Positions 26,434 through 32,546 of a stretch of 48,036 bases of DNA are shown here, one piece after another. The stretch is from a virus. Lineage: Duplodnaviria > Caudoviricetes. Made by a program: the position numbers and the translations under genes. The stretch covers positions 1-48,036 of the IMG/VR virus record IMGVR_UViG_3300042199_000477; one strand, 5' to 3'. How positions within the stretch are numbered: position 1 is the first letter of the stretch; every line of letters starts with the position of its first letter. The notes beneath the pieces were generated by a model, which had not been told where the DNA came from, did not search any database, and saw nothing but the letters and a program-made list of their open reading frames with translations.

Positions 26434-26462
26434 ATTATCGACTATCGGAAATGATAACGCAA
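26434..26462 (-). promoter_or_regulatory. Sigma70-type promoter of the DUF932/DUF3560 operon
   Basis: TTGCGT-N17-GATAAT on the minus strand. Confidence 0.7.
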
Positions 26463-26485
26463 GCCCCGAATTGTAACGACCGCAA

Positions 26486-26695
26486 CTAAGCGTTCGGCTT
26501 AGGTTTACGTCGCTTTCGCTTCCGCGCCGCCTCAAAACGCTCGAGCTCGGCGCCGCTGAACCATGGGGCGCGGGGGAAAACGCGTACCAGTTTGCCGTCG
26601 TGAACGTAAGTCCGGATTGTTCCTTTGTTTACGCCCAAAAAGGCGGCGGCTTCGCGGGTGGAATAGGCGAGGAAAGAGCGAACCAAAATCGGCAT
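26486..26695 (-). CDS. Excisionase-like helix-turn-helix DNA-binding protein
   Basis: YSTREAAAFLGVNKGTIRTYVHDGKL; TAGACT-N6-ATG suggests a leaderless start. Confidence 0.8.
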   Translation of the reverse strand: MPILVRSFLAYSTREAAAFLGVNKGTIRTYVHDGKLVRVFPRAPWFSGAELERFEAARKRKRRKPKPNA

Positions 26696-26742
26696 GTTCT
26701 AAGTCTACCGAACGTCGTTCGCCGCCGTCGAATTCGCCCAGT

Positions 26743-26758
26743 TGTTTCACGTGAAACA
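26743..26758. promoter_or_regulatory. parS: parS centromere site (perfect 16-bp palindrome)
   Basis: TGTTTCACGTGAAACA, an exact match to the widespread chromosomal parS consensus, in non-coding DNA. Confidence 0.85.
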
Positions 26759-26899
26759 CTCGAGGCGCGCCGAATTCGGCCCCGAATCGAGCTCGCCGAC
26801 GTCCAAAGGCGCCAAATTCGGTCGCCGTGGTCATATCGAGCATTATCGGACGTTGATCTGCACGGCCCGGAGGGCCTCGAGCGGCGTCGATCTGCGGCC

Positions 26900-27360
26900 C
26901 GCCCACCGGGTAGGGGGCTTCCGGGGGGGCCGCCCCCGCCCCGCCCGTTCAATTAATACTTACCCCAACCCACCCCCCGAAACCGAAAAAAAACCGAAAT
27001 CGCCCATTTGACGAGTGAATAGGTGCGATTGCACATATCCGCACGTTAATTGTTGACCAGTTAGCCATTGACGCACCGTTTGCGCACTTTTGTGGTCGAA
27101 GGTGTGGGTACGGCGCCCTAAAAAACCGAACGTCCCGGTAACGTCACCCGTACCAACACGCACTTAAGTTGAGGCTACATAACGTCAGAAATTGGTACGG
27201 CAAACCTTCGGGACGTTTTGATGGGCTACACGCGTGCGCGTACACGCTCCCGCCTTACGTCGCGCGCACACGCGAGGGCTGAAAAACGTCCCGAAGGTCA
27301 CCCGTACCCACACGGGGTGATTTTTCCGTTTTGCTTTGGTGTGGGTACGGACTAAGATCG
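26900..27360. other. Putative replication origin with iterons
   Basis: Non-coding and lower GC; five CCGTACC(C/A)A(CAC) copies in both orientations; 16-bp inverted repeat 27204-27219/27283-27298; G/C strand-skew switch; near the helicase gene. Confidence 0.7.
27331..27358 (+). promoter_or_regulatory. Putative promoter with an iteron in its spacer
   Basis: TTGCTT-N16-TAAGAT; the spacer contains GTGTGGGTACGG (27339-27350). Confidence 0.45.
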
Positions 27361-27367
27361 GCCGACC

Positions 27368-27604
27368 ATGACGCGCCCGAAGCACCTGCCGATGACGGAG
27401 GAGGAGAAGACGGAGGCGGTCCTGCGGTTGTCGGACGAGGGCGTCCCGGACTGGACGACGGCGGGGCGGCTGGTGGCGCGACTCGGCCTGACGGCGCAGG
27501 CGACGACGTTCGCGCGGTCCGTCTTGCGGCCGATGGTGGCCGAGGGCGCCTTAGAGACGCGGGAGCGCCGCAACGCCACGCAGTACCGCTCCGCCGCACG
27601 CTGA
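27368..27604 (+). CDS. Small winged-HTH-like protein next to the origin
   Basis: 78 aa; TAGRLVARLGL...VLRPMVAEGALE...YR wHTH pattern. Confidence 0.6.
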   Translation: MTRPKHLPMTEEEKTEAVLRLSDEGVPDWTTAGRLVARLGLTAQATTFARSVLRPMVAEGALETRERRNATQYRSAAR

Positions 27605-27726
27605 CGCGCCCGGACGGGGCGGGAGGGCCTCCGGGGCTATCCGGCAGTCCGAACGCCTCTCCTTGCGTTCTGTGGCGACTGCGGCATCATGGGCGCGAAC
27701 CACGAACCTCTGCCGAGATTCGTCGG

Positions 27727-27773
27727 ACGGCGCGCCGAGGCGGGGCTGGTAGCACCGTCCGGCGCGCCGTTTT
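27727..27773. terminator. Hairpin between convergent genes
   Basis: ACGGCGCGCCG 27727-27737 / CGGCGCGCCGT 27760-27770 with additional inner pairing. Confidence 0.55.
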
Positions 27774-29623
27774 CATAGCCGCTGCAGGTACCAGTAGGAC
27801 GCCGAACCCGTCCCGGACCGCCGGACGAGGTACCCGAGCACGGGCCGGTCCAGCGCCGTCCGGAGCACCCGGAGCGCGAACGTCGTCGCCAAACTCCGCT
27901 CCGTCGCGCGGTCCACGACGCGGGGGAACCAGCCGCCCTCTTTGGCGGTCTGCGCGAGGGTCGCGGCGGCCTGCGGACGCCCCTCAAAGCGCAGCCACCA
28001 CTCCTGCACGAAGGCTTCGAGGTCTTCTTGGTCGGGGTCGGCGTTCTTTCGCCACTCGTGCGCGTTCTCGAACCACGGCGTGCCCGCCAACACGCCGCTC
28101 ATCGCCTGCATCCACTTCTCGAACCCGCCGAGGCGCTTGGCTCCGGGGGGCGACCCCGCGGCCTTCCAGTTCTCCACGAGCCCGAGCAGCGCGGCGATGA
28201 TGCGGGGGCGGTGCGCCAGCACGTAGGCCGTGAGGTCGGGGTGGACGAAATCGGTCCGCTCTTCCGGGCGCGCGGTCTTCGGCTCGAGGCAGATCGGGAC
28301 GGTGCGCTTGACCAGCTCGCCGGTGGCCCGCACGTTGTTGCCGGTCATCACGACGGTGGCGCGGTTCTTGAACTCGCCGAGGACGGAGGTGCCGAGCAGG
28401 CGGCCCTCCCAAACTTGGCCGGTGACGAGGGCGGCGAGGGAGGCGGAGTCGAGGAATTCGCGGAGGTTGTCGAAGAAGATGATGGGCTTCCCGGCCATCA
28501 TGGCGGCGGTGATGCGCTTCTCGGTTTCCTCTTCTTTTTGGCTGATTTGCATGGCGGGGACGGGCGAACCTGAGACGACGAGCCCGAGTATGTCGACCAG
28601 CTTGGTCTTGCCGGTGCGCTCCATCGGGGAGTGAATCAGGTGGTAGGGGACGTTCTCGACGGCGAAGCGCAGGAAGGGGGTGAGGAGCAGCCCGATCATG
28701 TTGAAGCGGGAGGCTTCGTCCTTGAAGGGGAAATCGACGAGGAGATCGAGGAGCAGGTCGTAGTCGTCGGCGGGGGCGAGGTCGGCCAGTTCCGGGGGCG
28801 GGTCGTAGAAGATGCCGCGGTCGAAGCCCGGGGGCGACAAGGTCCAGTCGGTGCGGTAGACGGGGAAGCGGACGATGCCGTCGAGGATGCGGCACTTGTC
28901 GGAGGAGCGGGCGGCGTCGATGAGCAAGCTGGCCTGATCGACGGAGCACGCCACGAAGGTGAGCACGTCGGAGGTCGCGGTGCGGAGGGCGCCGGAGTCG
29001 GCGGGGACCAGCTCGTCGTGCGATTCTTGGTCGGGGCGGCCTTGGAAGAGGGCGACGGCGGAGTCGATGAGGCGGCGCGCGGCTTGTGGGGTGAGGGGTT
29101 CAAAGCGGCGCGCTCCGGCGGGGCCGGTGATGAGTCCGACGTCGAGCCCGCGGCGGTACAGCAGCCCTTCGGGCAGGTAGTGGAGGACGCGGGCGGCGAA
29201 GTGGTCGGTGCCGACGCAGATGTTGTCGCCGCGAATGACGTGCTGGCCGGGGACGAGGACGACGGGGCGGGAGCCGCAGGTGGTGCCGATGCCTTGCAGG
29301 CGGCGCAGTTGGGCGATGTAGCGGGGGAGGAACTTCGGGGAGTGGGTCGCCTCCATGAACTCGATGAGGCGTCCCATCGGCAGGTCGGCGATTTCGCGCT
29401 TGGCGTGCTCGCCGACGAGGACGACGTCGGCGTCGGGGCCGAGGCGGCGGAGGATTTCAAAGACGGCGCGGGGCGCGCCGGTGAGCTCGTCCGCGGCGAG
29501 GTCGCACGTGGCGAGCAGGGAGGGGTCTTGCAGGAGACAACCGACGATCCCGGCTTGGATGTCGGGCACCGATACCGCGTTGATGAGGTCTTCGTCGGAG
29601 ATCGGTGCGGTGGGCTTCGGCAT
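27773..29623 (-). CDS. Replicative helicase/initiator: DnaB N-terminal-like domain + SF3/AAA+-like NTPase + C-terminal wHTH
   Basis: IQAGIVGCLLQDP...VFE....D.V.V (DnaB-N like); Walker A SPMERTGKT, Walker B IFFDN, sensor MTGNN, ELVKR. Confidence 0.7.
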   Translation of the reverse strand: MPKPTAPISDEDLINAVSVPDIQAGIVGCLLQDPSLLATCDLAADELTGAPRAVFEILRRLGPDADVVLVGEHAKREIADLPMGRLIEFMEATHSPKFLPRYIAQLRRLQGIGTTCGSRPVVLVPGQHVIRGDNICVGTDHFAARVLHYLPEGLLYRRGLDVGLITGPAGARRFEPLTPQAARRLIDSAVALFQGRPDQESHDELVPADSGALRTATSDVLTFVACSVDQASLLIDAARSSDKCRILDGIVRFPVYRTDWTLSPPGFDRGIFYDPPPELADLAPADDYDLLLDLLVDFPFKDEASRFNMIGLLLTPFLRFAVENVPYHLIHSPMERTGKTKLVDILGLVVSGSPVPAMQISQKEEETEKRITAAMMAGKPIIFFDNLREFLDSASLAALVTGQVWEGRLLGTSVLGEFKNRATVVMTGNNVRATGELVKRTVPICLEPKTARPEERTDFVHPDLTAYVLAHRPRIIAALLGLVENWKAAGSPPGAKRLGGFEKWMQAMSGVLAGTPWFENAHEWRKNADPDQEDLEAFVQEWWLRFEGRPQAAATLAQTAKEGGWFPRVVDRATERSLATTFALRVLRTALDRPVLGYLVRRSGTGSASYWYLQRL

Positions 29624-29626
29624 GAG

Positions 29627-29675
29627 AAAAAAGGCGGGGACGGCGACGTCGATCGCGGTTGACGCCGCCGCCCCC
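29627..29675 (-). terminator. Attenuator-like hairpin plus U6 directly upstream of the helicase start codon
   Basis: 15-bp stem (2 G-U) 29661-29675/29636-29650, then GCC-TTTTTT-CTC-ATG. Confidence 0.6.
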
Positions 29676-29764
29676 TATGGGTGGCCCGCTTGAGGTCGGG
29701 CACCAGTGCGATTTCGTCCGCGCGGCCGCGATTCCGCAGGGACGAAAAAGGGTAGAGTACGGAC

Positions 29765-30775
29765 ATGCCGAAATCAACCCGCAAGGGAAAGCGCCGTCGG
29801 TCGAAGAAGGCGCCGGCCATAGTGCCGGAGTTGGGGCGCGGGTACTCGTGCGTGACGCGCGGGTCGGGGTTGAATCCCGACGTGTGGGTCGAGACGCAGA
29901 CGGGCAAGCGGGCGATGGTGTGGCGCTTGCAGGGCGGCGCGCTGACGACGGCGGCGGACGGCGCGCTGCCGATGGAGTCGGCGCTGTCGCTGGTGAAGCC
30001 GTACAAGTTGTCGATGTCGCGGCGGTGGTGGCGGGTCTTCGCGGTGCTGCCGACGTTGGCGGATCGGTTCGTGACGAGGGACGGGTGGACGCGGCTCGGA
30101 TGGGTGAACCTGTACCAGTACCAGTCGGGGATGCGGACGTCGCTGCAGGTGTGGCGGAACGAGAACGGCGATTTTGTGGCGCGCAATCCGATTTGGGCGC
30201 GGCACATCGTGTGGTTGCAGGGGTCGGTTCCGGAGCTCGGCGCGTGGTGCGCGACGCTGTGGCAAGAGGCGTTCCTGCGGTGCCGGGAGGCGGCGATGGC
30301 GGCGGGCGTGCCGGAGGAATCGGCGTGGCGCGCGCTGAACTACTTGGGGCCGCAACAAAGCCCGCGGTGGTACCATCGGGCATGGCGCGAACCGCGGCAC
30401 GGACGGCTTCTCGGCCCGAACGGATGGGGCGAGGAGATCGACTCGGCGGAGCGCGCGGCGAAGTTGGCGGCGTCGCGCGGGCGCCGGTGGGTGGGCGATG
30501 GCCGAATCGAAGAGCAAAAGCGACCCGTTCGCGGCGCTGACGGGAGCGGTGACGTCCCCGAGCACCTCTGCCCCGGCGGCGCACAAGCTGATCGCGAACC
30601 AGCTGCGGGAAGTGTCGCAAGCGACGACGCCGTCCAAGGAGAAGCTTCGCGACCTGTTGATGAAAGTGTCGATCATCGGCTTGGCGCAGGCGATCGACGA
30701 GCAGGCGGAGAAGTCGATGCTGGACTGGTCGAAGCTGCTTTCGGCGCAGACGGGGTTGACGAAAACGCCGGGTGA
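29765..30775 (+). CDS. Hypothetical Trp-rich protein with basic N-terminus
   Basis: TAGAGT-N6-ATG leaderless start; last 278 nt overlap the next gene. Confidence 0.55.
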   Translation: MPKSTRKGKRRRSKKAPAIVPELGRGYSCVTRGSGLNPDVWVETQTGKRAMVWRLQGGALTTAADGALPMESALSLVKPYKLSMSRRWWRVFAVLPTLADRFVTRDGWTRLGWVNLYQYQSGMRTSLQVWRNENGDFVARNPIWARHIVWLQGSVPELGAWCATLWQEAFLRCREAAMAAGVPEESAWRALNYLGPQQSPRWYHRAWREPRHGRLLGPNGWGEEIDSAERAAKLAASRGRRWVGDGRIEEQKRPVRGADGSGDVPEHLCPGGAQADREPAAGSVASDDAVQGEASRPVDESVDHRLGAGDRRAGGEVDAGLVEAAFGADGVDENAG

Positions 30776-30860
30776 CGCGGGGAGCGGCGGCGAAGAGGAC
30801 GAGACGCTGCGGCGCGAGCTCGAGGAGGCGGCGCGGCGGCAGAACGAGGCGACGCGGTGA
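30498..30860 (+). CDS. terS: Putative terminase small subunit
   Basis: 120-aa helical protein GTGA-coupled to terL; positional call only. Confidence 0.5.
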   Translation: MAESKSKSDPFAALTGAVTSPSTSAPAAHKLIANQLREVSQATTPSKEKLRDLLMKVSIIGLAQAIDEQAEKSMLDWSKLLSAQTGLTKTPGDAGSGGEEDETLRRELEEAARRQNEATR

Positions 30861-32521
30861 CGATCGCGGCGCCCGGGCTGAGCCCGCAGGCGGGGCGCGC
30901 GCCGGACTGGCGGCCGGTCCGCAAGGCGGCGGTGGCCAGTTTCCCGTTCTTCATCGAGCACATTATTCGCGACTTCTACGGTCGCGAGTTGGCGATCAAT
31001 TCGCGGTACGGGTTCCACCGCGACATGGCGGGTTTCATTTCGCGGCCGCGGTCGGAGCGGAAGGACGTGGCGCTCGTGATGGCGCCGCGCGGCTACCTGA
31101 AATCGACCATCTGCACGAACCTGCATTCGCTGTGGTCGTTGCTCGTCGATCCCGACGAAACGATCATGATTATGCACGGCGTCGAGCGCATGGCGCAGTC
31201 GTACTTCGAGGAGATCGAGCGCATCATTTTTCGCTGCGGGTGGCTGCGGTGGATCGCCAAGGACATCTTCGGCGCGGACCCGGCGAAGGACTTGGAGAGC
31301 AAGGACTACACGCTGCGGGTGAACTGCCGCCGCGGCGACAAGGTGCCGTCGCTGTCGTGCTACGGCATGAACTCGGCGACGGCTGGCCATCACTACTCGC
31401 TGTACAAGCTCGACGACTTGGTCAACGACTCGAACTACGACACGCCGGAGGGCATCGAAAAACCGATCAAGAAATTCTGCGCGGTGATGAACACGATGCG
31501 CGGGACGCGGTCGCGGGTGGACGTGATGGACACGGTCTACGCGAACGACGACTTGACGCAGTTTTTGCAAGACCCGAAGGGCCAGTGGTCGACGTCGATC
31601 GACGTGTTTCACCGGCGCTGGTACGTGGAAAGCAACGTCGCTTGGGGGCCGCGCCGCTTGAAGCCGGACGGGACGGAATTCGCGCCCGGCGAGGAAAGCT
31701 GGTGGCCCGAGGTCAAGCCGCGGGAGTGGATCGAGGGACGGAAGCGCATCGGCCCGGTGGCGTTCGCGCAGCAGTTTTTGTGCGAACCGGCGGTGGACGG
31801 GGCGCGGCTGTTCCGCAAGGAGTGGCTGCCGCGCTACCCGCTGTCGGTGGACGAACACGACAACGTGGTCTTGCCGGGGTCGGAGTGGGACGAGAGCGGC
31901 GCGGAGCGGCGCACGTGGCGCATCGACATGGCGCTCGACGGCGTGGCCAAGGAGAAGGCGTCGCAGTCGAAAGACGTCGCCTGCATCCTCGTCGGCGCGC
32001 GCAACGACGAGGGCGAGCTTTACCTGTTGGACGTCTTCTACCAGCGCCCGAACGAGGAAGACTGGTACGAAACGGTGCATCGTTTCTTCTGCAAATGGCG
32101 CCCGAAGCGCATGCCGATGGAAGACGTCGGCGTCTCGGCGGTGCTCTACCGCGCGTTGGAGCAGGACGGCAAGCGGCGGGGGGTGAAGTACCCGCTGTAC
32201 CCGTCCCGGCGCGACGGCAGCGGGGTGTCGGCGTCGTCGAAGCTGAAACGAGCGCAAGCGCTGCAGGGGTTCTTGCAGCGCGGCGAGTGCAAGATTCCGG
32301 AGGGCGAACTGTGGGAAGGCCCGATCCGCGAGCTCGTCTCGTACCAGTACGGGATCAAGGAGCAGCGGGACGACTTCTTGGATTGCCTCTTCGATCTGTG
32401 GGACTTGCCGACGCCGCCGTCGCCGTCGCGGGTGGCGGCGACCGAGGCGGCGTGGTCGAGCGGGGTGGCGTGGCATCCCCGGATGCGGCGGTGGGGATCG
32501 AAACGGGAAGTGGCGCGTTGA
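30857..32521 (+). CDS. terL: Terminase large subunit
   Basis: Walker A APRGYLKST, Walker B-like YKLDDL, FAQQFLCEP, nuclease acidic residues (MALDG, SKDVACI, RDDFLDC). Confidence 0.9.
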   Translation: MTIAAPGLSPQAGRAPDWRPVRKAAVASFPFFIEHIIRDFYGRELAINSRYGFHRDMAGFISRPRSERKDVALVMAPRGYLKSTICTNLHSLWSLLVDPDETIMIMHGVERMAQSYFEEIERIIFRCGWLRWIAKDIFGADPAKDLESKDYTLRVNCRRGDKVPSLSCYGMNSATAGHHYSLYKLDDLVNDSNYDTPEGIEKPIKKFCAVMNTMRGTRSRVDVMDTVYANDDLTQFLQDPKGQWSTSIDVFHRRWYVESNVAWGPRRLKPDGTEFAPGEESWWPEVKPREWIEGRKRIGPVAFAQQFLCEPAVDGARLFRKEWLPRYPLSVDEHDNVVLPGSEWDESGAERRTWRIDMALDGVAKEKASQSKDVACILVGARNDEGELYLLDVFYQRPNEEDWYETVHRFFCKWRPKRMPMEDVGVSAVLYRALEQDGKRRGVKYPLYPSRRDGSGVSASSKLKRAQALQGFLQRGECKIPEGELWEGPIRELVSYQYGIKEQRDDFLDCLFDLWDLPTPPSPSRVAATEAAWSSGVAWHPRMRRWGSKREVAR

Positions 32522-32546
32522 CGGCGCCGTTGTAGACTACGACCCG

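Noticed and set aside
27034-27042. DnaA box in the origin (ATATCCGCA)
   Set aside because: Two mismatches to TTATCCACA and a single copy.
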